Shown here: piece after piece, positions 1-9,058 of the stretch
How the letters are laid out: every line of letters begins with the position of its first letter
Numbering within the stretch: position 1 is the first letter of the stretch
Origin: a virus
IMG/VR virus record: IMGVR_UViG_3300024239_000355
Location: 116,378 to 180,377 of that record
Strand: one strand, 5' to 3'
DNA: 64,000 nt
Position numbers and translations under genes: made by a program
The notes under the pieces: generated by a model
Seen by the model: only the letters and a program-made list of their open reading frames with translations
What the model was told of the DNA's origin: nothing
Databases searched by the model: none

Positions 1-486
1 ACCTTTATCTTCCAAGTAATAGCCACGACCCTTGGGGGACCAGAGGTTGGGTTCGCGCATCAATTTCTTCAAATCTGCGACAGCTTCTTGGTCTTTTTCA
101 ATCCCGCGATAGGCGGTCTTGATCCAGCTAGTTAGAGTTTCGCCCCACGCACCCGTCTTCTGGGGATTTTCGCCACGGCGCGAAATGTACTGGGACAAAC
201 TCTTGGCCACATCCATTTGTGTGCGTCGGTTCTGCTTCCACCCCGAGAATTTGCCTTTAACCCCTGCCCAGGCAGTGCCGATGCCTTCGTCGGTGATTTC
301 CTCCGAGACAGCATCCTCTCCGATGATCCTTGGTTCATCGGCGGTCTGCTCAGCGGTTTCGCTCAACTGCTTAATAAAGCCAAATTCAGTGGTTTCCGTG
401 ATGGTGGCTTCGGCGGTATCCGACTGGGGAGCAGCCGTACCCTCCAATAGCGCAATCATTTTACGCATATCATCTGTATTGCTCAT
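1..486 (-). CDS. Putative internal head/virion protein, 3' end runs off the window
   Basis: Open frame from ATG at 486 (MSNTDDMRKMIALLEGTAAPQSDTAEA...) to base 1, with AAGGAGG upstream. Acidic N-terminal region with LLE/DEG sites. Confidence 0.65.
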   Translation of the reverse strand, partial: MSNTDDMRKMIALLEGTAAPQSDTAEATITETTEFGFIKQLSETAEQTADEPRIIGEDAVSEEITDEGIGTAWAGVKGKFSGWKQNRRTQMDVAKSLSQYISRRGENPQKTGAWGETLTSWIKTAYRGIEKDQEAVADLKKLMREPNLWSPKGRGYYLEDKG

Positions 487-743
487 TTTTCCTCCTTGCG
501 CTCTCGGAGTTGGCGCATTGTATTCTTAAATTTTTGGGGGCTACGGCTACGAATAGCCAAGAAAAGACGTTTTTCAATTTTTTCTACATCGTCCGTATCG
601 AACGAATTCTCACAAAATTCCATAAGGCGGATAGCTGCTGCAATGACATGCTCCGCTTGAACTTCGACAAAAGACTCTGAATTTCGTTTCGGGACGAAAT
701 TTGTGATTTCATCGATCATTGACTTGATACGCTTATCCGTCAT
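483..743 (-). CDS. Hypothetical phage protein (86 aa)
   Basis: ORF coupled to both neighbours by 4-nt ATGA overlaps. Confidence 0.75.
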   Translation of the reverse strand: MTDKRIKSMIDEITNFVPKRNSESFVEVQAEHVIAAAIRLMEFCENSFDTDDVEKIEKRLFLAIRSRSPQKFKNTMRQLRERKEEK

Positions 744-1402
744 TTTGTATGTCCTTCAATCACGAAACCGTATTTTTGCTGAAGTGTGTCGATGATATCA
801 TTAATACAATGTGATGCCAGAATAGGTCCACTGCCCTGTTCTTCCGACAATACTTCATCCCGCGACCATTTATTGACCAATGCCACAAGATCGTTCACGA
901 GATTGCCGTAGTTCACTGCATTAATGTGATCGGCACTTTCCGCCAATTGGGTGATGCCGTGGTTATCATACTCAGCAAGAGCAGTTCCGAGGGTTTGGAT
1001 AAGACCGTAAACATCGATCTCTTCACCTGAAAATGCATCCAAACCCAGTATTTGCGCAATATTGTTCTCTTCCAACACTGAAAAATATGAGTGAAGTTGA
1101 CGTGCAGTCTCAATAACCAAATTGGCATCATCCTGCTTAAATGCTTCACACAAAGTATCAATCGTCTGCGATGCATATACGGCATCAATCCCGCTCAATA
1201 CCACCGACAAATCTTCAGCAGTTATTCGCTGGACATGACGATAGAGATGTTCCGTGATATTCACGATACGACGGTACAGGTCATCCTTACGCACAGTCCG
1301 TTTATCGGCGGTGCGAGGCACTGAGATACCAGTGCCCGTTTGAACCGTCTCTAGCAGGTATCGCATGTGCCGGATTTCATTATCACCCGGTTGATATGCC
1401 AT
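740..1402 (-). CDS. Hypothetical late protein, possible internal head protein
   Basis: 220-aa ORF downstream of minus-strand TAAATA (1435-1440). N-terminal MRYLLE motif. Confidence 0.7.
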   Translation of the reverse strand: MAYQPGDNEIRHMRYLLETVQTGTGISVPRTADKRTVRKDDLYRRIVNITEHLYRHVQRITAEDLSVVLSGIDAVYASQTIDTLCEAFKQDDANLVIETARQLHSYFSVLEENNIAQILGLDAFSGEEIDVYGLIQTLGTALAEYDNHGITQLAESADHINAVNYGNLVNDLVALVNKWSRDEVLSEEQGSGPILASHCINDIIDTLQQKYGFVIEGHTK

Positions 1403-1434
1403 TACGTCAGCCTCTCTAATACACTATTCGTTGG

Positions 1435-1463
1435 TATTTATCATTGATGCGAAATTATAAATA
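1435..1463. promoter_or_regulatory. Divergent T4-type late promoters (TAAATA on -, TATAAATA on +)
   Basis: TATTTA at 1435-1440 and TATAAATA at 1456-1463 lie between divergent genes. Confidence 0.7.
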
Positions 1464-1495
1464 CAGGGGAGCCGCGTCGCCCAGGAGTTGGACAT

Positions 1496-1894
1496 ATGAC
1501 AAAGAAAATCGACAAGAAAGCAATTATGGAATTCGTTGAAGTTCTTGCGGAACTTCAAACCCCCATTTCCCCCGAAGACGCAACAACCATTCACGGCGGT
1601 GATGAAAAAACGGAAATTGGTGGTGGTGAAGAGAGCTATGATCTTCTAAGCCCAGACGATCCTCGTGTAATGAGCATTCAACGTGTTGCCAGATTGTTTG
1701 GTGATGATCCGGCAAGTCCCAGTGTATCAACAATACAAGTCGCATTACGACGCTTAATTGATCACGATCACCTTACACACGAATACCTTGAACTTCTGTC
1801 GAATATGTTCCGGATCACCGTAGAAGCTTTGATAATGGACCAAAGCCTCTACTCTCGTATGCGTTACATTCTGAACAAGAACTCCCCTGCTTAG
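1496..1894 (+). CDS. Hypothetical late protein (132 aa)
   Basis: AGGAG SD and TATAAATA upstream. Confidence 0.7.
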   Translation: MTKKIDKKAIMEFVEVLAELQTPISPEDATTIHGGDEKTEIGGGEESYDLLSPDDPRVMSIQRVARLFGDDPASPSVSTIQVALRRLIDHDHLTHEYLELLSNMFRITVEALIMDQSLYSRMRYILNKNSPA

Positions 1895-3360
1895 TTGGTG
1901 ATGCGCCGAAGAGTGTTGAGGATTCGACTCTTTTCGGCCATCGACTGTTCCCGATCAGTTGGGGTTTGGCTTGCTGCCTCTGCTGCACGTTGCTTATATT
2001 TATCGGCAATAGCCCGCGTTTCCTTAATCTTACTCATGATGTCTACATTTCCACCACCAGATTTACCCTTAGTATTGGGCATATGGATGGGTTCTTCGTC
2101 GTCATATTCCGGCTGGTCAACATCCGAAATAATCAGGGTATCATGGGCAAAGCCAAGGAAAACTTTCCGACCAACGCCGTTCGAAGAACGGGTTTTGATG
2201 AACTGAACGCGATATAACCCTTCATCTTCCATCTTCTTGTCACGGAACATTGTCAACACCACGTCGGCGGTGTTAATCTTGGAGATACCACCGGCAATGT
2301 GACTATGATCGTACTCGGGTTTGCCACCAGACTCGGTTGCCGCTTTTGTTGCCTCGCGCCCAAGCTGAGAAGCGGTCGCTAAATACAACCCCATTTCGGT
2401 CGCCATACCGCGCATTTCCTCGGACACAAACTTGTCCTTTGTGAAGGCGTTGCCGATATCAATACCTTTGGCGTTTGGATGCAGCAGATCAAGGTAATCA
2501 ATCGCGATGGCATCTGGGGTAATACCCGTCTGAATGGTATATTCTTTCAAATAGGCACGGATGTCATTAATGGTCGAACCCTGTGGCATCTGCTTGATCT
2601 GAATGGCGCCTGCTTTTTTGGCGGCAACACCAACCTTGATCTCCACGTCGTCCATACGCCGGAACAAATCCTTTGTGGACATTCCAGCATCCATCGCATA
2701 GAGACGCAACGCAATTAGGTCTTCGGGAAGTTCCAGCGAAATGTAGATGACATTCAGACCAAGCCGTGCCCATGTGCGGGTAATATTCTGTAAGAACAGA
2801 GACTTGCCCATACCAGAGGAACCCGCAAAAATGTTCAGGGCGCCTTTATCAAAGCCGCCATACAGCAGATCGTCAATAACCTTCCAGCCAGTGGTGATTT
2901 TGGCATCCTTGGTGCGTATGCGCTCAAGACGACCCTTTGGGTCTTCCCAGTAATTGGCACCCATGTTTTTCTGAAGGGAAATCATCAGGGCATTCTTCAC
3001 GGCGATTTCTACATCACCATACTTACCCTCATTCAAATAATCAGGAGCTTTGTAAATGGCATTTTCCAACGCACGATGGCGGCAGAAACTCTCATACATG
3101 TCAAGGAATGCATTTATGTGTTGTTCTTTACGCACGATGTCATCAGACAACCGATCCAGTTTAATCCCAGTTTCGGCTTTAATATGCTCAAATGATGGTA
3201 ACGCACGATAGGAATCAGCGTATTCCTTAACGTACCGAACAACAGGCTTTAGTGATTGATCAAAATAATCAGCACTTAAGATATTCTGCGCACGGACATA
3301 AACTTCTTCATTAGACAGAAGAAATTTTAAAATTAGTTGTTGCTTGTCTTCATTATACAT
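1891..3360 (-). CDS. Replicative DnaB-family helicase (T4 gp41-like)
   Basis: Walker A AGSSGMGKS, YISLE, Walker B IDYLDL, TASQ and KTR motifs of SF4 helicases. Confidence 0.93.
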   Translation of the reverse strand: MYNEDKQQLILKFLLSNEEVYVRAQNILSADYFDQSLKPVVRYVKEYADSYRALPSFEHIKAETGIKLDRLSDDIVRKEQHINAFLDMYESFCRHRALENAIYKAPDYLNEGKYGDVEIAVKNALMISLQKNMGANYWEDPKGRLERIRTKDAKITTGWKVIDDLLYGGFDKGALNIFAGSSGMGKSLFLQNITRTWARLGLNVIYISLELPEDLIALRLYAMDAGMSTKDLFRRMDDVEIKVGVAAKKAGAIQIKQMPQGSTINDIRAYLKEYTIQTGITPDAIAIDYLDLLHPNAKGIDIGNAFTKDKFVSEEMRGMATEMGLYLATASQLGREATKAATESGGKPEYDHSHIAGGISKINTADVVLTMFRDKKMEDEGLYRVQFIKTRSSNGVGRKVFLGFAHDTLIISDVDQPEYDDEEPIHMPNTKGKSGGGNVDIMSKIKETRAIADKYKQRAAEAASQTPTDREQSMAEKSRILNTLRRITN

Positions 3361-3382
3361 CCACGTTCACCTTTTGTTCTAG

Positions 3383-4426
3383 TTAGCGAGTACGAACCGC
3401 CTGTTTTTTACCCATCATAATAGCAAACCGATCTGCGGTGGCTGCATCAAGAATTGTTTTCAAGGTGTAAATTCGTCCATATTTGCGAACCGCATCAGCA
3501 ACGTCTTTTACCCCGTAATCCCATACCGGAAAACTAGCGGAAAATTTATACTCCAATGCAAAATCCACAAGATTTACGTCGGCATGCTCGCGATCCCCAA
3601 CCAAAATCACTTCTTTACCCGATTGCTTCAGCCAATGAGCTTGTGCCTTCGATAATTTCTTCCCAAGACTCGCAACGCCATCTATCGCAATTGCATCGAG
3701 TTCCCCTTCTACCACAATCACAAAACGGCGATCTCGACGCAATAAAACATCGTTATTGAAAAGAAAATCTGGTTGTACATACTTGATGTACTTCCGTCCC
3801 TTTCCATCTGCCTTAACTAATCTAGTAGTCCACCCAACAATGTCGCCCCGCCAGTAATACGGGACAATAAGACGATGGTTCAAGAACGAAACTGGGGTCT
3901 CACACGTCACTGATTTATACTTAGGGGACCAATAATAAGTCCATCCATTAAAAATATGCTCACCACGCCCAAAAAGGTATTCCATCGCAGCGATAAATTC
4001 TTTTGGGGGATGGGCAAGACCCGCCCAATACGAAATAGGCTTGGCCCCCTCAGGTAATGGGACAGACTTGAACTCAGGAAGACGAACGGATTGAATCAAT
4101 TCTTCCCGTTTCATAGTTTCCCGGTCACGCGCAATTTGAAATTTTAATTTATCGATAGTGTCCGAAGGAACACCTAGCCGACCTAGCAGATAGCACATGT
4201 TCTTGGACAGGAATTCGCCGGGGCGCCAGCCTGTCTTGAAGCCACAGTTGAAGCAATTGTATACGATTGATCCATCCGGTTCCGGACGCACCCCGCCACG
4301 CTGCTTGGTATCAGGGCGCATTTCGCCGTGATCGATACAGCAGGGACAGTCGAAACTAGTCCACCCCGAGGGAGTGAATTTGCGCTTAAATGGAGCGTAG
4401 GAGAGGAATAGATCGTACAGAATCAT
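3383..4426 (-). CDS. DNA primase (T4 gp61-like; zinc-binding plus TOPRIM)
   Basis: CPCC...CFNC zinc domain, RLIVP, TOPRIM VVEGELDA, C-terminal KDVAD. Adjacent to the helicase. Confidence 0.88.
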   Translation of the reverse strand: MILYDLFLSYAPFKRKFTPSGWTSFDCPCCIDHGEMRPDTKQRGGVRPEPDGSIVYNCFNCGFKTGWRPGEFLSKNMCYLLGRLGVPSDTIDKLKFQIARDRETMKREELIQSVRLPEFKSVPLPEGAKPISYWAGLAHPPKEFIAAMEYLFGRGEHIFNGWTYYWSPKYKSVTCETPVSFLNHRLIVPYYWRGDIVGWTTRLVKADGKGRKYIKYVQPDFLFNNDVLLRRDRRFVIVVEGELDAIAIDGVASLGKKLSKAQAHWLKQSGKEVILVGDREHADVNLVDFALEYKFSASFPVWDYGVKDVADAVRKYGRIYTLKTILDAATADRFAIMMGKKQAVRTR

Positions 4427-4493
4427 GATGGGATGACTTTATGCCAGCCCCAGACCCAGAGTCAATTTAGTCCATATTCCAATATTGGCTAAG

Positions 4494-5345
4494 TCAAACC
4501 CGCATCAGAATTTTGGTCAAACGTCCTTCACCTTCAAGGCGTTGACCGCCTAACTGCTGGAATATTGTCCCATTCTGAATATCATCAGGTTCGACAACGA
4601 ATCGAATCCACTTCATTTTGTCGCTGAAGTTAAACGACTCAATCCCGGTCGTATTGACGAACTGATAGTACGGATGTCCTGTTCCAAGGTCGAGATCGTA
4701 CCATTCGGTATCCTCGTCGCTGGGCTGTTCCGCAATACTTCCCTGGACCCACAGCTTGCCATAGAACTTAGTCGTGTAAACCGCGATGGTGGTGATCCCA
4801 CAGCTTGCCGGATATGCCCCGGCATACCAACGGGTGATGAATGGGTCACCAAACCCACCAAGCCCCTGTGGGGTCAAGTTAGTAGGGGTCATATCGATCA
4901 CCAGGGCATCTTGAACACGCGGAACCGCATCGTTTCTTACTTCCAGATGTCGCGTGGCAGCTTGCTTCTGGTCAAAGTATAAAAATTCCTGAGAACCATC
5001 TTCATTTGTCATCACGACACTATAGCGATAATGTCGCGGCGTAATATCCCCTAAATCACGAGGATCAAAGTTCACAATCACTCGACCCTTATGAGGATCA
5101 ATCACCTTCATGCGCTTTCGAAGTTGCACCTTACCGGTGGTACGGTCCATAAGGACCAAAACCAGTTTCTTACCGACCAAATTAATTGGCTTGCGGTCAT
5201 TGTTGCGCACCACGAAGTCGATGCTCACCAATCCGCCTTTCTGAATGGAAAAATCTGTTTGCGTCATCGGTCGGTTCTCGTTCTTCACACCGTGACCGAC
5301 CGAGGACAACTCTACAACGATTGGGAATTTGTACAGCTTGATCAT
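4494..5345 (-). CDS. Putative virion/baseplate protein (BppU N-terminal-like Ig fold)
   Basis: IDFVVRNNDRKPINL...G.V.V pattern. Late motif at 5375-5380 places the start at ATG 5345. Confidence 0.55.
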   Translation of the reverse strand: MIKLYKFPIVVELSSVGHGVKNENRPMTQTDFSIQKGGLVSIDFVVRNNDRKPINLVGKKLVLVLMDRTTGKVQLRKRMKVIDPHKGRVIVNFDPRDLGDITPRHYRYSVVMTNEDGSQEFLYFDQKQAATRHLEVRNDAVPRVQDALVIDMTPTNLTPQGLGGFGDPFITRWYAGAYPASCGITTIAVYTTKFYGKLWVQGSIAEQPSDEDTEWYDLDLGTGHPYYQFVNTTGIESFNFSDKMKWIRFVVEPDDIQNGTIFQQLGGQRLEGEGRLTKILMRV

Positions 5346-5395
5346 CGGTCGTCGCTCGTTATTGGGTTCGACAATATTTATCCTCACCATATAAA

Positions 5396-5424
5396 TTGAC
5401 TAGGTTTGCCATACTCCATAGGAT
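5396..5424 (+). promoter_or_regulatory. Sigma70-type promoter
   Basis: TTGACT-17 bp-TAGGAT. Confidence 0.55.
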
Positions 5425-5430
5425 ACCGGG

Positions 5431-5538
5431 GTTCCTCTCGGTAGCAACTCGTATGGGGCGAAAAAGGAACAATGTGCTAAGATCGAGAATAGGCACATAC
5501 ATGAAAGGCGGTACTTTTTAAAGTACCGCCTTCTTTTT
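5431..5538 (+). ncRNA. Candidate structured small RNA with its own promoter and terminator
   Basis: Stems GTTCCT/AGGAAC and ATGTGC/GCACAT, a possible 7-bp loop-loop pairing, then hairpin AAGGCGGTAC/GTACCGCCTT plus U-tract. No ORF. Confidence 0.45.
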
Positions 5539-5559
5539 GCAAAATTGTATTTTTATGCG

Positions 5560-5602
5560 TATAAATAACCAGACATAAGCTATTGTCAGCACTGTATAAA
5601 TA
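5560..5602 (+). promoter_or_regulatory. Tandem late promoters TATAAATA
   Basis: Exact TATAAATA at 5560-5567 and 5595-5602. Confidence 0.65.
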
Positions 5603-5641
5603 CCGCTGATTTTATCCACACATATCAAGAGGAACGTATTT

Positions 5642-6013
5642 ATGGAAAACGTATTTTCCGAGCTAAGCAGTAATTTTCCGTTCCTCACAATTGGACGCTA
5701 TATCGAAACCGACTACATCGGTATCGTCCAGAATTGTGATACGCAATTCATATCTATTTATTGCTATGATGCAATTCCAATGGAAATGCGTCCAAAATTT
5801 TTGGAATTCGGTGAGGAATGGTGGTGGGAAAGCAACCGTCAAATCCCGATCAATATGTATCTTGGCGACAAATTCAAAATTTTCCGCCCATATCTGAAGA
5901 CATTTTCGAAGAAAAACTTTGAAATCAGCTATGGTCCAACCACATCACTGGGTGATGTGATTCAAAAGAGAATTAAGCGGCGCCAAATTCAACTGTTAAT
6001 AAAGCCACGTTGA
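5642..6013 (+). CDS. Hypothetical late protein (123 aa)
   Basis: GAGGA SD. WWWESNRQIPI motif recalled from large T4-like phages. Confidence 0.75.
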   Translation: MENVFSELSSNFPFLTIGRYIETDYIGIVQNCDTQFISIYCYDAIPMEMRPKFLEFGEEWWWESNRQIPINMYLGDKFKIFRPYLKTFSKKNFEISYGPTTSLGDVIQKRIKRRQIQLLIKPR

Positions 6014-6030
6014 GCCACGTTGATGCATTG

Positions 6031-6645
6031 TCATTCCCCCCTGTGTGCCATAAGCTTCATCCCAAGAACTTGCCATTCCTTGAACACGGCAAACGCAGCC
6101 CGATAACATACCAACAGCAAATCATGTTCGAACCGATTAACATAGTTGTGGGGAATGAACACGCGCTCGTACTGATTATCAAAGTAGTATGACCGCAAAA
6201 ATTGTCCAAATTTCGTTCGTTTGTCCGGCCACCGGATGTAAACATCACCCAGTTCTCCGCGAACATCAACGTAATTTTCAGGTACGTCGTCGTCGGGATT
6301 ATCAGGGTCACCAAGGAATATTTGATAGCTGACTTTGGGATGCTTTCGATCCCATTCCGCACCGGCTTCGTTTGCCGCATTGATAGCTCGGCGCATGACC
6401 GCGTGGAAGTAGGCGACGCCGAAATGATCATTGATGGGAATTTTGCTTCCCAAATGTGCTTTCTCGGTGTTGCATTTCCGGATCATCTGATCCGCCTGCG
6501 CCTCCGAGAGGGGCTTTTTCGTGTCGCGATAATCCAGCTTTCGTTCACTTGCGAGATAAAGCGCCCACCGTTGCCTCACGGTAGCGGTAGCTTCATCGCG
6601 ATCCCACCCGAGATTGTGATATTTGCCCTTGGCGCTGGCTCGCAT
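6031..6645 (-). CDS. Hypothetical protein
   Basis: ORF with probable ATG at 6645, downstream of a minus-strand TTGACA near 6710. Confidence 0.6.
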   Translation of the reverse strand: MRASAKGKYHNLGWDRDEATATVRQRWALYLASERKLDYRDTKKPLSEAQADQMIRKCNTEKAHLGSKIPINDHFGVAYFHAVMRRAINAANEAGAEWDRKHPKVSYQIFLGDPDNPDDDVPENYVDVRGELGDVYIRWPDKRTKFGQFLRSYYFDNQYERVFIPHNYVNRFEHDLLLVCYRAAFAVFKEWQVLGMKLMAHRGE

Positions 6646-6780
6646 GGTTGCCCTAAACCAAAATTGTACACCGTAGTACAATTTAGGGCAGCAAACCCCA
6701 TCCTGTCAAGTGGTAGTTTAAAACCGTTTATTATTTCCGCATGGGTTTTCTTAAATATCCCAAAGAACGGGAGAGAACCC

Positions 6781-7557
6781 ATGGCAGCACGGCAAGATCA
6801 AAAAACGGGAAGCAAAGTTACATACCCACGAGTTTGTGAATGTGGTTATTCAGCAAATAATCCGGCGATGTGGTCGTATCACCAGAAAACACACAAACCC
6901 ATTCCCGATGGAACGCTCTGTCATCATGGCTGCGGACAACCGGCTCAATATTGCGGCACTGGTGGCATTTATACATGTGACCGAATAAGCCAGCATTGTC
7001 CCGAATACATAAATCGGCACCGGACCCGCATAAAAGAACAATGGAGCGCAAACGATTGGACGGAACGGCGCACAAAAACCGGGTTAATTATGAAGAACAT
7101 GTCTCCGGAAGATAAAGAAAAATTCTTTGCCAAAATAAGCGACACAAAATATAAAAAAATGTTGGCACAACCAATGACCGCCGACCGCAAAAAATACATT
7201 CGGCAAATTCACCAATTAAGCCAATACCATTTGCGAATGTTTCCTACAATTGTCAATCCCGAAAAACACCAAATTGGGCTAACCGACTATCATCTTGATC
7301 ATATTGTTTCCAAGCATATTGGATGGTTACTTCAAATACCTGCGGAATATATTGCATCTACACACAATCTCCGCGTTGTATCTTACACAGATAATACACA
7401 TAAATCAATCGGATGTGGCGTACATCCGATTGATTTATTACAAATATGCAATGCCCCACAAGAATTAATCACGAAAGTTGAGCTTGCAATTTCTCAACTA
7501 TCAGATTCACTTGTACAACGATTGCCAGCGCGTATGCAAAACTATGACTACGTTTGA
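6781..7557 (+). CDS. Free-standing HNH homing endonuclease with zinc fingers
   Basis: CECG...HQKTH finger, CHHGC...C...C cluster, YHLDHIVS...NL...N..K HNH core. GGAG SD at 6781. Oriented opposite to its neighbours. Confidence 0.75.
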   Translation: MAARQDQKTGSKVTYPRVCECGYSANNPAMWSYHQKTHKPIPDGTLCHHGCGQPAQYCGTGGIYTCDRISQHCPEYINRHRTRIKEQWSANDWTERRTKTGLIMKNMSPEDKEKFFAKISDTKYKKMLAQPMTADRKKYIRQIHQLSQYHLRMFPTIVNPEKHQIGLTDYHLDHIVSKHIGWLLQIPAEYIASTHNLRVVSYTDNTHKSIGCGVHPIDLLQICNAPQELITKVELAISQLSDSLVQRLPARMQNYDYV

Positions 7558-8074
7558 AGCACTGCTTTGCTTTCTGCGGGTCAGTAGGGATCGTCCAGAT
7601 TTCAGCTTCAACCTCGGACCACGATTTGCCGATCAAATGCAACTTTGGCGGACGGATCAACGCGATGACCATTGCCAGTTGCTCGACCGAACGCGGCTTC
7701 ATGGTTTGGAGAACATCGGCACGATTGTGAATCTGCCAAATTTGCTGCCTTTCCACGAAGTCTTTATCTTGCAGCAGTTCCCAAATCGGCTCACGCGCCA
7801 TCAATTCATCAAGATGTGCTTCACTCCGAACTCCATTGAAATAGGTTACATTGAGGAAGTCGATTTTGAAAAAACCCATATCCTCGGCTTCCTTGAACGG
7901 GATGCTACAACAACCCGTTACCGGATCAACCGGGACATGATGGAAGTACACGCCGTTTGGATGGGATCGCAGATCATCCCGCTCCAAACGGCTTGCCGGA
8001 ACATACCGCAATAGTTCAAGAACCTCCAAGCGGTCCCAAACGTCAATATCAATATCGGTGTTAGCGGCTTTCAT
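7469..8074 (-). CDS. Miniature family-C (DnaE/Pol III alpha-like) polymerase catalytic core
   Basis: DIDID, HPNG, FFKIDFL, PRSVEQLAMVIALIRP and FKRSHSFAY motifs in DnaE order within 201 aa. Confidence 0.82.
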   Translation of the reverse strand: MKAANTDIDIDVWDRLEVLELLRYVPASRLERDDLRSHPNGVYFHHVPVDPVTGCCSIPFKEAEDMGFFKIDFLNVTYFNGVRSEAHLDELMAREPIWELLQDKDFVERQQIWQIHNRADVLQTMKPRSVEQLAMVIALIRPPKLHLIGKSWSEVEAEIWTIPTDPQKAKQCFKRSHSFAYALAIVVQVNLIVEKLQAQLS

Positions 8075-8339
8075 TTGCGGCAGCGACTATGTTTTCAAGC
8101 TTTGTTCGGAGTTCATCAACCATCGGGTTGAATGTCTCGGTGAAGAAACGCTGATGTTCGGTTTCCGCCATGGCGTTAAACCGCTCCATCCCCTCTGCTA
8201 CCCCGGCGTACCGTGCCTTGTCAATTTCCTCGGCAATCGCGGTGATCAACCAATCAAACATCGACTTGGGCAATTTGGTTCCGGCGGCAGTGACAGCCCG
8301 CATTCCACGGGCTGTCTCCAACGCTGCCTCAGAGGGCAT
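8061..8339 (-). CDS. Hypothetical protein (92 aa)
   Basis: Translationally coupled ORF. Confidence 0.65.
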   Translation of the reverse strand: MPSEAALETARGMRAVTAAGTKLPKSMFDWLITAIAEEIDKARYAGVAEGMERFNAMAETEHQRFFTETFNPMVDELRTKLENIVAAANESR

Positions 8340-9049
8340 TACGCGGTCACATCAACCGAAAGTACCGCCTGGGCGGTCATCGCGACCTTACGGGACACGG
8401 AGAACCCAGTCACATCATCACCACCAGCGGTTTCTTCACCACCGAGGTTGTTTCCGCCACCAAAATTGGTGGCTTCAAGCGAGGCTGCCGCTGCAAACTT
8501 TCCACCCTTCGGGCTGTTACCGGAATACTGCGTGGCGATCTCAAACGGTGACAATGCCTCCGATACCTGACCGGCACTAAAGCGGACACTACCCACGCGG
8601 TATACGCGACCAAACGCCTTAAAAAGAGAGGTCAATTCGGTGCCGATGCGGGTATAGAGCATCTTGCGCAATTCAGCGTTCTTATTTTCCAGTTCAGCCT
8701 TGGTCGGGGTGTAATCGACCTTGGAAACACGAATTTGCAGACCCGGCTTGCTCACTGCCTTGCAGCGGGACGCCATGCCGTTGATTTCCTTCTCGGCAAT
8801 GCGCTGCTGCACCACTGCCTGCCACCGCTCAAAGCCCGTCGAGTCTGTATACTTCTGAAGGTTGATGAAGCGCCACTGAACATCAAGAATACCCTTTAGG
8901 GCATCCACGATTTTGTCACGGGCAGCTACCGCGTCCTTGGCCTCAATGGCGGCGTCGATGCGGAGGCTGATATCTGCCTCGGCTGTTTCAATCCAATCCT
9001 CGACTTCAAAATTTACTGTGATGCTGTCATCACGATTAGCGTTACTCAT
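8339..9049 (-). CDS. SIMPL/DUF541-like protein lacking a signal peptide
   Basis: Domain pattern DSITVNFEVEDWIET.EADISL.I...YRVGSVRF...KVAMTAQAVL resembles the SIMPL fold. Confidence 0.45.
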   Translation of the reverse strand: MSNANRDDSITVNFEVEDWIETAEADISLRIDAAIEAKDAVAARDKIVDALKGILDVQWRFINLQKYTDSTGFERWQAVVQQRIAEKEINGMASRCKAVSKPGLQIRVSKVDYTPTKAELENKNAELRKMLYTRIGTELTSLFKAFGRVYRVGSVRFSAGQVSEALSPFEIATQYSGNSPKGGKFAAAASLEATNFGGGNNLGGEETAGGDDVTGFSVSRKVAMTAQAVLSVDVTA

Positions 9050-9058
9050 ACATGTATC

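Noticed and set aside
400-486. Apparent frameshift near the start of the first ORF
   Set aside because: Rechecking the CCCC run shows that the frame is continuous.
5405-5470. HDV-like/theta ribozyme or known riboswitch
   Set aside because: I could not build P1/P3/P1.1 or the known ligand cores on either strand.
6202-6780. N-terminal extension making the HNH ORF 451 aa
   Set aside because: It overlaps the minus-strand gene 6031-6645, and a good SD plus ATG sits at 6781.
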